64,000 bases of DNA, from positions 15,025-79,024 of the forward strand of contig MTMO01000044.1 of NCBI GenBank assembly GCA_002011235.1, in the 5' to 3' direction. Below are positions 9,635 through 19,633 of this stretch, in pieces. Both the position numbers and the translations under genes were made by a program. The first letter of the stretch is position 1; each line of letters starts with the position of its first letter. Under the pieces are notes generated by a model that saw only the letters and a program-made list of their open reading frames with translations, was not told the DNA's origin and did no database searches. Source of the DNA: Archaeoglobus sp. JdFR-27 (GTDB lineage Archaea; Halobacteriota; Archaeoglobi; Archaeoglobales; Archaeoglobaceae).

Positions 9635-10219
9635 CTAACGTCTTTTGATCTTTGACTGAAAGATCGCGTAAACCCTTTTGATATCCTTCGCTTTTATTCC
9701 TGCATTTCTCCTGTCTATCACTTTCCCATCCCTAGACTTTATTTTAGAAATCCTAAATTTCTTGTTTCCTATTTCAAGCTCCTCTCCAACTTTGAATTCC
9801 GTCTCACCGGGCACGTATATAGTTACAGGAGTCGTGATCGCTCTCTTATGAAGGCTTATTCTCACCCCAACCTCTCCGGTATCGCGGAGCCATATCGTTC
9901 TGATTTCCTTTGCTTCAGCCTCCTCACTCCTTTTGCTGTTTACAAGCTCAAGGGAAGTAACCTCACCTATCCTGAAGCCTGAATCAGTCTCAACAATCAG
10001 TTCATCCCCTTTCTCAACCTTCTCGCTCTCCTTCAACCTTATTTTTCCCTTCTCCGATTCACCTTCAAAGCTTACTATCGCATTCACGATGATCTCTTTC
10101 TCTGGTGGGAATGTTGCATAGTTTCCGCACTCCTCGCACATATAGAGGTGGTTTTTCTCTTTTATCAGTTTATGTCTCGTCTCCTCTCCGCAAATTTCAC
10201 AGTAAAAAAACTGTTTCAT
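9635..10219 (-). CDS. Archaeal Zn-finger protein (HVO_0476/COG1326-like)
   Basis: N-terminal CxxC...H...CxxC ('CEICGEETRH...CEECG') followed by beta-rich domains. Confidence 0.75.
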   Translation of the reverse strand: MKQFFYCEICGEETRHKLIKEKNHLYMCEECGNYATFPPEKEIIVNAIVSFEGESEKGKIRLKESEKVEKGDELIVETDSGFRIGEVTSLELVNSKRSEEAEAKEIRTIWLRDTGEVGVRISLHKRAITTPVTIYVPGETEFKVGEELEIGNKKFRISKIKSRDGKVIDRRNAGIKAKDIKRVYAIFQSKIKRR

Positions 10220-10236
10220 CCTTTCACCTTTACTTT

Positions 10237-10482
10237 TTAATCTCCTTTTAAAGCCTCCAACACAGAGCTTGCAGCTATGAGGTTGAGAAAGTAATCATCG
10301 TAGGCGTTTATCATCGCTCCTATCTTTGGAGTTTTTACTTCAAGTATCAGCTCATCCCCTTCAGATCTTGCCTCGGTCCATTCCGCATCATCGGGTTTTA
10401 ATGCCAAAGCGACGATCTTAGCATCCTCTTCCCCTTCTCTCCCCCCTATCCTAATCCTTACTTTCCCAGAGCCGTACAGCAT
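10237..10482 (-). CDS. pcc1: KEOPS complex subunit Pcc1
   Basis: 81 aa, 'ALKPDD' and 'GAMINAYDDYFLNL'; directly follows the DHH gene, as in conserved euryarchaeal gene order. Confidence 0.8.
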   Translation of the reverse strand: MLYGSGKVRIRIGGREGEEDAKIVALALKPDDAEWTEARSEGDELILEVKTPKIGAMINAYDDYFLNLIAASSVLEALKGD

Positions 10483-11765
10483 AGCCTGTCAACCTCTTCA
10501 ATGAACTCATTTACTCTATCAGGGGGGATGTTGGCTCCGGCTGCAACTCTATGCCCTCCACCTCTCCCACCAACCTTCTCGGCAGCTTTATGCATAACTT
10601 GCCCCAAATCAACGATCTCAGAAAGTTTCATCGTCGTTCTGGAAGAAACCTTTGCAATATCTTTCTTTACGTTTACAGCCACAAATGGGAGGTCACTGTA
10701 GAGGTATCTTGAAAGAATCGTAGCGATAGGGCCGGTGGTTGGGGCATCATTCATTGTCAGGTATCTTATGCAATTTGCCAGTTTTACCTCTTTCTTCCTT
10801 CTTTTGATCTCATCTAAAAGCTCTGTCTGGAACTTTTTCCAGATTTCATACCCCCTGTCCAAGAACTTCGAATCTCTCATGCAGATTCCAAATCCAATGC
10901 TGAAGGCTGAAACCCTCCCGCATGAATTTATGACATCAGTCATCATCAACGCATTCTGAATGAGTTCTGCCTTTAAGATGTACCTTTTCCCGAGGAAGTC
11001 CTGGATGACTTCTTCGCTTCCGCCATTCTCCAGAATTCTGAGAATTATCGCATCAGAAAGCCTTCTGAGCTCCTCATCTTCGAGTTCATCGACTTCCATG
11101 TCTCCATCTAGTCCGGCTTTCTCCAAGAAATCTTCAAGTTCCTCATCTTTTTTGTAGAAATCGAGATAAGGCTCCACAGAGATTGGTAAGACGTCCCTTA
11201 ACTTCCCTGAATAAATCAAAAGCCCTTTTCTCTCTTCAATGTATCCTCCTGTGATTCCCTCGGTAACGATCTCTGCATTTCCACCCTTTATTTTCTGCTT
11301 ATCACCTATTATGCCAGTAAGAGCAATTCCAGACAGATCGATGTTCTTTCCAAGCTGATTGGCAACAATATAGGCTGTACCGCTTGCAGAAAGCTCAAAC
11401 GATCCGTCAAGTCCGGCAAGATGGGGATTCACATGGACGAACCTTTTTCTAGGCTTTATCTTTCCCATCGGAAAGTGATGGTCTATAATAAGAACGTCTG
11501 ATTCGACTTCTGAGATTATATCGGGATAACCACTCCCCATATCGAGAAAAACCGTGAGTTCATCCCTTTCGTAATCGAGATTGCCGTTGTTCAGACCATT
11601 AAGGAAGCTGAGATGGAATCTTTTATCCTTCCTTAAAAGGGAGTTGGCTAAAATGCCGGCTGAGGAGATACCATCAACATCGTAATGGGCAAAAATCCTT
11701 ATAAACTCATAATCGTTAATCAATTCTACCGCTTTTCTTGCCTCAGCTTTGAGTATGTCAAGCAT
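10458..11765 (-). CDS. DHH/DHHA1 phosphoesterase (archaeal RecJ-like nuclease)
   Basis: 'HYDVDGISS', 'FLDMGSG', 'IIDHH', C-terminal 'GGGHRVAAG'. Confidence 0.9.
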   Translation of the reverse strand: MLDILKAEARKAVELINDYEFIRIFAHYDVDGISSAGILANSLLRKDKRFHLSFLNGLNNGNLDYERDELTVFLDMGSGYPDIISEVESDVLIIDHHFPMGKIKPRKRFVHVNPHLAGLDGSFELSASGTAYIVANQLGKNIDLSGIALTGIIGDKQKIKGGNAEIVTEGITGGYIEERKGLLIYSGKLRDVLPISVEPYLDFYKKDEELEDFLEKAGLDGDMEVDELEDEELRRLSDAIILRILENGGSEEVIQDFLGKRYILKAELIQNALMMTDVINSCGRVSAFSIGFGICMRDSKFLDRGYEIWKKFQTELLDEIKRRKKEVKLANCIRYLTMNDAPTTGPIATILSRYLYSDLPFVAVNVKKDIAKVSSRTTMKLSEIVDLGQVMHKAAEKVGGRGGGHRVAAGANIPPDRVNEFIEEVDRLCCTALGK

Positions 11766-11829
11766 GTGCCTTAATGGGAAAGGGGTTAAAAAAAGATTAC
11801 CCTTGTAGGATAAAAAAATCAGAACTTTA

Positions 11830-12993
11830 TCAGAATTTCATCGAAAGAATGTTTCTTGCAACGATAAGTTTCTCGATTTCTTTAGTTCCTTCGTAGATCT
11901 CCGTTATCTTCGCATCCCTATAGAACTCGTTTATCGCATACTCGTCGATGTAGCCATAGCCGCCATGGAATTGCAAAGCCCAATCGCACGTCTCGACTGC
12001 CACTTCACCAGCATACCATTTCGCCATCGACGAAAGCATCGGATCGGGTTTGCCTCTCTCAAGCTGAACCGCTCCAGCTCTATAAGTAAGCGTTCTGGCA
12101 GCCTCAATTTTAGTGGCAAGCTCAGCAAGCTTGAACTGTATGAACTGGAAGGATGCTATAGGCACACCAAAGGCCTTTCTTTGCTTCACATAATCAACTG
12201 CAAGCTTCAAAGCTCCTCTTGCAATTCCAACAGCCTGAGCAGCCACCCAGACTCTTGTTCTGTCAAAGAACTCCATCATGTAGTAGAATCCTTTGCCCTC
12301 TTCCCCAACGAGGTTGCTCTTTGGAACTCTAACATCCTTCAATGAGATCTCTGCCGTGTCGCTTGCTCTTATTCCGAGCTTTCCTGTGATCTTTGTTGCT
12401 TTGAATCCTGGCCTATCGGTTTCTACAAGGAAGTAGCTCATTGCCTTGTGTCTGTCTTTCCACTCAAGCTCTTTTGTTTTAGCTGTGACAAGGATAAAGT
12501 CTGCCACGCTTCCATTAGTTATGAACTGTTTCGTACCATTCAAAACCCACTCGTCTCCATCCAGAACAGCTTTAGTTTTGATGCTCGCGGCATCACTTCC
12601 AGCATCAGGCTCGGTATTCGCCATCCCCATTATCGCATCGCCGGTGCAAAGCTTGGGAATCCAAGTTTCCTTTTGTTCCTCACTTCCATAACCCAGTAGA
12701 ATCTCCACGCCGAATATTGGAGTAAGGCAGGCGATTGCAAGCCCTGGATTTACAGCTGAAAATTCCTCCATCACGATCATCTGCTCGATCGAGCTATACC
12801 CACCACCACCATACTCCTCAGGAATCGCCACGGCATGGAAGCCAAGTTCTGCGCATTTTTTAACAAGTTCTCTTGGATACTTCTCCTCTCTGTCACATTC
12901 TATCGCTAGCTCTTGTGTGAACTCTTTCTCAGCAAACTCTCTAGCAGCCCTCCTAATATCTTCCTGTTCTTCGGTAAAAGTAAAGTCTACCAT
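11830..12993 (-). CDS. Acyl-CoA dehydrogenase
   Basis: 'NTEPDAGSD', 'LNGTKQFITNG', 'GKLGIRAS', 'HGGYGY', 'IYEGTKEI'. Confidence 0.96.
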   Translation of the reverse strand: MVDFTFTEEQEDIRRAAREFAEKEFTQELAIECDREEKYPRELVKKCAELGFHAVAIPEEYGGGGYSSIEQMIVMEEFSAVNPGLAIACLTPIFGVEILLGYGSEEQKETWIPKLCTGDAIMGMANTEPDAGSDAASIKTKAVLDGDEWVLNGTKQFITNGSVADFILVTAKTKELEWKDRHKAMSYFLVETDRPGFKATKITGKLGIRASDTAEISLKDVRVPKSNLVGEEGKGFYYMMEFFDRTRVWVAAQAVGIARGALKLAVDYVKQRKAFGVPIASFQFIQFKLAELATKIEAARTLTYRAGAVQLERGKPDPMLSSMAKWYAGEVAVETCDWALQFHGGYGYIDEYAINEFYRDAKITEIYEGTKEIEKLIVARNILSMKF

Positions 12994-13182
12994 CTTTATC
13001 CCCCAACCCTATGTTGATAGGGGAGTATAAAATTCTTTTGTTTTAAATAATATTCTGGAAAAAGTTGATTGATAAAAGAAAAGCTTAAATACTTCTAAAT
13101 CACAATCAGTGAAAAATAATGACGAATTTTCCTCTTTGTGATATCGTCTAAAATCCGATTCCATTTTAAAAGCATAAAATTC

Positions 13183-13199
13183 GAGAAAGACTTATATAA
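13183..13199 (+). promoter_or_regulatory. BRE/TATA promoter of the thiolase operon (probably leaderless)
   Basis: GAGAAAGAC-TTATATAA ending about 22 nt before the ATG at 13221. Confidence 0.55.
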
Positions 13200-13220
13200 C
13201 GAAAAATGAGTATAAAGTGT

Positions 13221-14408
13221 ATGTCTGAAAATGTGGCTATTATTGGTGTTGGGCATTCAAAGTTCGGTGATAGAAGGGATGTAAACGTTCCCGAACTTGC
13301 TTGGGAATCAATCAAGCCAGCATTGGATAGCGCTAATGTGGATCAGAAGGATATTGACTTCTTTGTACTTGGAAACGCAGGCATTTGGAGCAGTGAAGCT
13401 GCATTGCCAGCTCTCATGGCAGAGTATGCAGATTTATCGCCAAAAGGTTCGATGAGGGTTGAGGCTGCATGTGCCACAGGAAATGCGGCGATAAGAGTCG
13501 GTTACACGGCGATTAAAAGTGGTGAGGCAGATGTGGTTTTAATCCTGGGCATAGAAAAGATGAGGGAATCGCAGAACCCAACTGTCATAGAGCTGATCGG
13601 AAGATTCGGGAGCTTCTTCTGGGAATTCGAGAACTTCGGCCTTACATTCCCGGGATACTATGCCCTGCATGCAACAGCCTACATGGTGAAATATGGAGCA
13701 AGTGAAGAGGATTTTGCAAGGGTGGCTGTGAAAAATCATTACTATGGTGCAAAGAATCCGTATGCACAGTTCCAGAAAGAAGTTACGCTTGAAAAGGTAA
13801 TGGAGCCAAAATACGTTGCCTGGCCATTCAAACTCTTCGATTGCAGCCCGATAACTGATGGGAGTGCTGCAATAATTCTTGCAAGCGAGGAATTTGCAAA
13901 GGATGCTGAAAACAAGATCTGGATTCACAGTCAGGGGGTTGGAACAGGTACAGCAAATCTCAGCAAGAGAGAAGATTTCACCTCCTTAGAATCAGCAAGA
14001 TATGCTGCTGAAATAGCATACAAGAAGGCTGGAATCGATGTGGATGCTCCGTACAAATATTTAGATGGAGCGAATGTACACGACTGCTTTACGGCTCCTG
14101 AAATCATGGCCTATGAAGACCTAAGGTTTGCTAAGAAGGGAGGGGGTGTGAAGCTTATAAGGGATGAGCAAACCTATATTGGTGGTTTGATCCCAGTCAA
14201 CATCGATGGTGGTTTGAAGGCAAAGGGACATCCTATTGGTGCCACAGGAGTCAGCCAGGCGGTTGAAGCTTACAAGCAGCTCCTAAGTCAAGCTGAGCCT
14301 GGAAGACAGGCGGACATCGAGAAGGGCAGATGGTTAGCGCATAACGTTGGTGGCACTGGTCATTACACCTACGTAACGATCTACGGACTTGAAAAGCTTA
14401 AGAGGTGA
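13221..14408 (+). CDS. Thiolase, archaeal SCP2-like type (acetyl-CoA acetyltransferase)
   Basis: 'VEAACATG' catalytic Cys, 'HDCF', 'KGHPIGATG'; start set at 13221 from promoter spacing (track start 13206). Confidence 0.93.
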   Translation: MSENVAIIGVGHSKFGDRRDVNVPELAWESIKPALDSANVDQKDIDFFVLGNAGIWSSEAALPALMAEYADLSPKGSMRVEAACATGNAAIRVGYTAIKSGEADVVLILGIEKMRESQNPTVIELIGRFGSFFWEFENFGLTFPGYYALHATAYMVKYGASEEDFARVAVKNHYYGAKNPYAQFQKEVTLEKVMEPKYVAWPFKLFDCSPITDGSAAIILASEEFAKDAENKIWIHSQGVGTGTANLSKREDFTSLESARYAAEIAYKKAGIDVDAPYKYLDGANVHDCFTAPEIMAYEDLRFAKKGGGVKLIRDEQTYIGGLIPVNIDGGLKAKGHPIGATGVSQAVEAYKQLLSQAEPGRQADIEKGRWLAHNVGGTGHYTYVTIYGLEKLKR

Positions 14409-14412
14409 TGAG

Positions 14413-14907
14413 ATGAAAGAAGTTATTGAAAAGCAGATTAAGGAGTTTGGGCTCCCAGTCATGACCGATGAAAAATCTGGAGCTTTACAATGGCTGGATC
14501 TCCGAGAACTCAATCTAAGATACATCATATCCATTGAAAACATCAAACCATTCTTTGAGGGATTGAAGGAAGGCAAACTTCTCACAACAAAATGCAAGCA
14601 TTGTGGAAGGATTTTCTTCCCTCCACAACGTGACTGCCCAAGCTGCAGAATCAGCGATATGGAGTGGGTTGAGCTATCGAGGGAGGGAACCCTTGAAACT
14701 CTCACAGTCATCTTCGTAAAGCCGCCATCATTCGGAAGCTACGATCCCTACACAGTTGCCATAGCAAAGCTCGATGATGGGCCAAGGATTACTGCTTGGC
14801 TTAAAGGAGATCCAAGGAAAGCTAAGCCGGGAATGAGGGTGAGGCTTGAGATCTCGAAGAGGGAGAAGGAAGGCTACATGATGTATGAACTCGTACCAGT
14901 GGAGTGA
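14413..14907 (+). CDS. DUF35 Zn-ribbon/OB-fold acyl-CoA-binding partner of thiolase
   Basis: 'CKHCGRIFFPPQRDCPSC' plus OB-fold; GAGGTGA RBS before ATG 14413. Confidence 0.92.
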   Translation: MKEVIEKQIKEFGLPVMTDEKSGALQWLDLRELNLRYIISIENIKPFFEGLKEGKLLTTKCKHCGRIFFPPQRDCPSCRISDMEWVELSREGTLETLTVIFVKPPSFGSYDPYTVAIAKLDDGPRITAWLKGDPRKAKPGMRVRLEISKREKEGYMMYELVPVE

Positions 14908-15027
14908 TCACGTACTCCGAGTGAAAACAAGTCGAGTGAAAAAGTGAAAAAGTAAAAAAATAAATCTTAATAGCTTAATTTTTGATATTAAATGGGGGTT
15001 TAAAGAGGTTAATTTGGAGGTGTTGAA

Positions 15028-16995
15028 ATGAAAAAGATAGCTGTTCTTGGTGCTGGAGCGATGGGACATGGTATTGCCTATGTGAGCGCTCTGGCAGGAT
15101 ATGAAGTGTGGATTAGGGATATCGACCAGAAATTCCTTGACAAGGCCCTTGCAAACATTCAGAAGCTGCTCGATAAGGCTGTGGCAAAAGGTAAGATGAA
15201 GGAAGAGAAGGCTAAGGAGGCGTTAAGTAGACTGCACTTTACCCTTGACATGAAGGAGGCCATTGAAGGGGCAGAGCTTGTTATTGAAGCTGTACCCGAG
15301 ATCCTCGATTTGAAGAAAAAGGTGTTTGAGGAGGTTCAGCAGTACGCTTCGCCTGAATGCATCTTTGCGACGAACACCTCTGGCTTAAGCATTACCGAGA
15401 TCTCCAAGGTAACGGATAGACCAGAGAGGTTCATGGGGCTTCACTTCTTCAATCCTGTGCCGGTTATGCAATTAGTTGAGGTGATAAAAGGAGAGCTTAC
15501 AGCTGACTCGACAATCGAGTATGGAGTTAAATTCGTGAAGAGCATTGGAAAGACACCGGTTGTAGTTAAGAAGGATGTTGAAGGATTCATCGTTAACAGA
15601 TGTTTGGTTCCATACCTCGCTCTTGCAATAGATGATGTCGACAGGAAAGTTGCAACCCAAGAGGAGATCGACGCTACAATGAAGTTCAAGTATGCCTTCC
15701 CGATGGGGCCGATCGAGTTAGGTGATTTCGTAGGACTCGACATCTTGTATCACAGCGGTGAGCAGTGGAGCCTCGTTCCTAATGCTCAAGCTTTGAAGGA
15801 GAAAATCGAGAATAATGAGCTTGGGATGAAAACCGGCAAAGGTTTCTATGACTGGTCAAAAGGGAGGCCGGAAATCCCAGAAGAGCTTGCAGGGAAGTAT
15901 GATGCTCTCAGGCTTCTGGCTCCAATGGTGAACATTGCTTCCGGGCTCATAGAGATGGGTGTAGCATCAGCTGAAGAAATCGACTTGGCGATGAAGCTCG
16001 GAACGAACATGCCGAAGGGGCCGTGTGAGCTTGGAGATGAAATCGGCTTGGATGTTATTGCAAAGAAGCTTGAGGAACTCCATGCAGAGAAAGGCTTAGA
16101 TGTGCTTAAACCAACGGAGTTGCTTATGAAAATGGTAAAGGAAGGAAAACTTGGAAAGAAGAGTGGAGAAGGGTTCTACAGCTACAGAGGTGAGGTATCC
16201 TTCAAGAACCTGCTCATTGAGAAGGATACAGAAAACAAGATCGCAAAGCTTATCCTTAACCGACCCCACAGGCTCAATGCCATATCCTTTGAACTCCTCG
16301 ATGAGATGGAACTTGCGTTAAAGCAGCTCGCAAAAGACGATGAAGTGAGAGTTCTAGTCATTACAGGTGCTGGTGACAAATCATTCTCAGCCGGCTTCGA
16401 CTTGCAGGAAGCTTTGGCAGATCCTTCAACGCTGAAACCTGCAAACTCTGCCATGGTATCTGCGAGGGGTAACGAAGTATTCACAATGATTGAGAAGTTC
16501 CCTAAGCCGGTTATAGCTGCGATAAACGGCTACGCTTTCGGTGGTGGATGCGAGCTTTCGCTGGCATGCGACTTCAGGATAATGTCAAAGGCAGGCAAAA
16601 TCGGTCTTACGGAGATTGCCATCGGATTGATTCCTGGATGGGGAGGAACGCAAAGAATGGCAAAGATAATCGGGCTTGCAAAGGCGAAGGAGATGATAAT
16701 GCTTGCCAAGAGAATCACTGCTGATGAGGCAGAGCAGATAGGCCTGGTTAACAAGGCCGTAGATCCAGAGAACTTCTGGGATGAAGTGAATACTTTAGCA
16801 AAGGCTCTTGCAGAACTCCCACCGATCTCGCTCAGAATGGCAAAGTATGCTATAAACTATGGCTACGAGCTTCCTGTTGAGGCAGGCCAGGCAATCGAGG
16901 CTGCATACTTTGGAATTGCAACGTCAACGGAAGATGTCATCGAAGGCGTGAGAGCGTTCTTTGAAAAAAGGAAGCCTGAGTTTAAGGGGAAATAG
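15028..16995 (+). CDS. 3-hydroxyacyl-CoA dehydrogenase / enoyl-CoA hydratase fusion
   Basis: 'GAGAMGHGIA', 'IEAVPE', 'GLHFFNP', 'GFIVNR'; C-terminal crotonase 'GGGCELSLACD' and 'GLIPGWGGTQR'. Confidence 0.96.
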   Translation: MKKIAVLGAGAMGHGIAYVSALAGYEVWIRDIDQKFLDKALANIQKLLDKAVAKGKMKEEKAKEALSRLHFTLDMKEAIEGAELVIEAVPEILDLKKKVFEEVQQYASPECIFATNTSGLSITEISKVTDRPERFMGLHFFNPVPVMQLVEVIKGELTADSTIEYGVKFVKSIGKTPVVVKKDVEGFIVNRCLVPYLALAIDDVDRKVATQEEIDATMKFKYAFPMGPIELGDFVGLDILYHSGEQWSLVPNAQALKEKIENNELGMKTGKGFYDWSKGRPEIPEELAGKYDALRLLAPMVNIASGLIEMGVASAEEIDLAMKLGTNMPKGPCELGDEIGLDVIAKKLEELHAEKGLDVLKPTELLMKMVKEGKLGKKSGEGFYSYRGEVSFKNLLIEKDTENKIAKLILNRPHRLNAISFELLDEMELALKQLAKDDEVRVLVITGAGDKSFSAGFDLQEALADPSTLKPANSAMVSARGNEVFTMIEKFPKPVIAAINGYAFGGGCELSLACDFRIMSKAGKIGLTEIAIGLIPGWGGTQRMAKIIGLAKAKEMIMLAKRITADEAEQIGLVNKAVDPENFWDEVNTLAKALAELPPISLRMAKYAINYGYELPVEAGQAIEAAYFGIATSTEDVIEGVRAFFEKRKPEFKGK

Positions 16996-17110
16996 ATAGA
17001 TAAATTATAGATAAATTATATTTTAATTTAATTTTTTGTCTTAAAACTATAAAATGACAAATGATTTAAACCAACCTAAAAATCGAAATTAGCGATCTGG
17101 AGGTGGTAAG

Positions 17111-17851
17111 GTGAATATTATCGTTCTCGCGAAACATGCCCCTGATCCTGAATCAGAGATCAGGGTGGGGGAAGATGGGAAAAGCGTCGATCAAAGAGGA
17201 CTTGTCTATGACATAAACGACTGGGACAGGTATGCTATTGAAGAGGCTATTCAGATAAAAGAGAATAAAGGCGGCGAGGTTGTAGTAGTTGGTGTTGGAA
17301 CAGCCGATGATACATTAAGGAAATGCTTGGCAATGGGAGCAGACAGAGCCATAAAGATACCCTATGACTCGACACTAGATGCCTATCAGACAGCTGAGGT
17401 GATAAAAGAGGCCATAAAGGATGAGAATTACGATCTGATAATCGCTGGTTATCAATCTCAGGATCTGAACAACGCACTTGTGGGCTCTTTGCTTGCTGGA
17501 ATGCTAGATTTACCCTATGCAACTGCAGTAACGGATCTTGAGGTTGAAGACTCATCAATTAGGGTTAAAAGGGAGCTTGAAGGCGGATATAACGAAGAGG
17601 TTGTCTTGCCCCTTCCATGCCTGGTAACCGTTCAGAGCGGCATAAACGAGCCGAGATATGTATCCATCATGGGAATAAAGAGGGCCAAAACAAAGGAGCT
17701 GAAAGAGGTATCATTGCAGCCAACCACATCGACTCTGGAAATTGAGAAGGTGTATCTCCCGCCTGTCAAGAAAGCAGAGATGATCGAAGGCTCGCCCGAT
17801 GAGGTTGCGAAGAAGCTTATTGAAATTCTTAAGGAGAGGGGGCTGGTATAA
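17111..17851 (+). CDS. etfB: Electron transfer flavoprotein beta subunit
   Basis: 'INDWDRYAIEEA', 'LAMGADRA', 'AGYQSQD', 'INEPRY'. Confidence 0.95.
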   Translation: MNIIVLAKHAPDPESEIRVGEDGKSVDQRGLVYDINDWDRYAIEEAIQIKENKGGEVVVVGVGTADDTLRKCLAMGADRAIKIPYDSTLDAYQTAEVIKEAIKDENYDLIIAGYQSQDLNNALVGSLLAGMLDLPYATAVTDLEVEDSSIRVKRELEGGYNEEVVLPLPCLVTVQSGINEPRYVSIMGIKRAKTKELKEVSLQPTTSTLEIEKVYLPPVKKAEMIEGSPDEVAKKLIEILKERGLV

Positions 17852-18801
17852 TGAGGGTTTTTGTTGTTGCCGAGCATAGGATGGGAGAGCTAAATCCTAT
17901 TTCAGTGGAGCTTTTGAACCTAGCAAATGCGATAAAGAAGGATTCGAGCGAGGTTTTGCTTCTGGGTAAGGATGTCAAGGGGTTTGCTGAGGAGTTGGCG
18001 AAGTATGCTGATAAGGTCTGGTTGATTCAGGACGAGGCTTTAGAGTACTACAATCCCGAGACGTATGTGGATGTGCTAACTCAATTCTTTGCGAATAACA
18101 AACCAGACATGGTGTTAATCCCTAACACTTCCTTTGGAATAGAACTCGCTCCAATTCTTGCAGTAAAGCTCAATGCCCCCATAGCTACCGATGTTGTAAA
18201 TGTGGATGTTTCTGATGGGATTAAGGTTTCTAAGTACATCTTCCAGGGTAAACTGATGGTGGATCTGAAGCTTAAGGAGGCAGAGAGCTACGTACTTACA
18301 GTTAGGCAGGGAATATTCAAGGAAGGAGCAGAGGTTGGAGGTAGCATTGAGGAGGTTAGCATAAAACCTGCAGAAGCAAAGAGAAAATTCGTCCAGTACA
18401 TTGAACCAGAGGTTGGAGAGGTCGACATCGCACAGGCTGACATACTTGTGACCGTTGGTAGAGGAATTGACGATGCCTCAAACATCGAATTGGCAGAGGA
18501 ACTTGCTGAGCTGTTAGGAGGCGTTGTGGCCGGAAGCAGGCCGGTTATCGACAACGGTTGGCTTCCGAAGGACAGACAGATAGGCATCTCTGGTAAAACT
18601 GTGAAGCCAAAACTCTATCTTGGACTTGCGGTTAGCGGGGCATTCCAGCACGTAATGGGGATGAAGGACAGCGAGTTGATCATAGCAATCAACAAGGATC
18701 CAGAAGCTCCTATATTCGGTGTGGCTCAGTATGGAGTAGTAGGCGACATATTCGAGGTAGTTCCTGAGTTAATAGAACAGCTTAGTAAGCTTAAGGGCTA
18801 A
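17851..18801 (+). CDS. etfA: Electron transfer flavoprotein alpha subunit
   Basis: 'GSRPVID.GW....QIGISGKTVKP', 'SGAFQH..GM', 'AINKDPEAPIF'. Confidence 0.96.
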   Translation: MRVFVVAEHRMGELNPISVELLNLANAIKKDSSEVLLLGKDVKGFAEELAKYADKVWLIQDEALEYYNPETYVDVLTQFFANNKPDMVLIPNTSFGIELAPILAVKLNAPIATDVVNVDVSDGIKVSKYIFQGKLMVDLKLKEAESYVLTVRQGIFKEGAEVGGSIEEVSIKPAEAKRKFVQYIEPEVGEVDIAQADILVTVGRGIDDASNIELAEELAELLGGVVAGSRPVIDNGWLPKDRQIGISGKTVKPKLYLGLAVSGAFQHVMGMKDSELIIAINKDPEAPIFGVAQYGVVGDIFEVVPELIEQLSKLKG

Positions 18802-18834
18802 TTTTTTATTTATTTTTATTTGTATTTTTGTTTT
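18802..18834 (+). terminator. Oligo-T archaeal terminator after etfA
   Basis: Several T4-T6 runs immediately after the stop codon. Confidence 0.55.
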
Positions 18835-18943
18835 AAATTAATCTAGTTTCTCTCAATTTGCAATTCGTCTATACTTTTAACTCTTTTATGGTAAACACAC
18901 CTATAACGAAAATTTGATATAGTTTCAGATTTACCAGACTAAT

Positions 18944-19174
18944 ATGGTAGCCCAGACTATAAAGGTTGGGAAGAAATATGCGGTGTATCTACCGAAGAAA
19001 GTAGTGGAAAATTTACAAATTAAAGAAGGGGATTTCCTCATCCTCCAAACCAAAGAAGATGGGATACTTCTCAAACCTGTGAAAAAAATAGGAATTGTTA
19101 AGCCTTGGAGTAAGATAAAACCAGAGGAGGTTGAGAGGGTTGGTGAAGAAATTACAGGAAAGCTCCTCGAATGA
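18944..19174 (+). CDS. vapB: AbrB/MazE/SpoVT family antitoxin (VapB-type)
   Basis: 'IKVGKKYAVYLPKKV...LQIKEGDFL......GILLKP' swapped-hairpin signature. Confidence 0.88.
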   Translation: MVAQTIKVGKKYAVYLPKKVVENLQIKEGDFLILQTKEDGILLKPVKKIGIVKPWSKIKPEEVERVGEEITGKLLE

Positions 19175-19610
19175 GCTACTCCTTGATACGACTTACCTAC
19201 TCCCGTTTATTGGCATTGAGGTTGAAGGAATTGAAGAAGGGGTTTATGCAAAAATTGTGGAGAAAGACCTTCATTTTCCATCTTTTCTTGTGCCAGAACT
19301 CGTTGGTGTTATTGTTAAGGAGGCAAAAAAAAGAATGCTCGACGAGTTGCCAAAAGAGGCGATCGATTCTTTCAATTCGATCATTTTTGGAGAAGAAATA
19401 AAATTGATTTCACCGGAGGGAGTAGACTTAGAAATCGCCTATAAAATAATCAAACTGGGGTGGACAGACATCTTCGATGCCGTTCTCTACGCAACCGGAA
19501 AGAGAATGGGTGTTGAAGTGCTCTCCCTTGACAGATCATTTAGAAACTTTTTAAAGAAGAACGGATTTGATCACAGGCTTTTACTCAGCCACAAAGAGCT
19601 TTTTGAGTGA
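19131..19610 (+). CDS. vapC: PIN-domain toxin (VapC-type)
   Basis: 'LLDTTYLLP', 'ELVG', 'DIFDAVLYATG', 'LSLDR' acidic PIN residues; overlaps the antitoxin; start may be TTG 19140 or GTG 19143. Confidence 0.85.
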   Translation: MRGLVKKLQESSSNELLLDTTYLLPFIGIEVEGIEEGVYAKIVEKDLHFPSFLVPELVGVIVKEAKKRMLDELPKEAIDSFNSIIFGEEIKLISPEGVDLEIAYKIIKLGWTDIFDAVLYATGKRMGVEVLSLDRSFRNFLKKNGFDHRLLLSHKELFE

Positions 19611-19633
19611 GCATATTGGATGGATTAATCACT

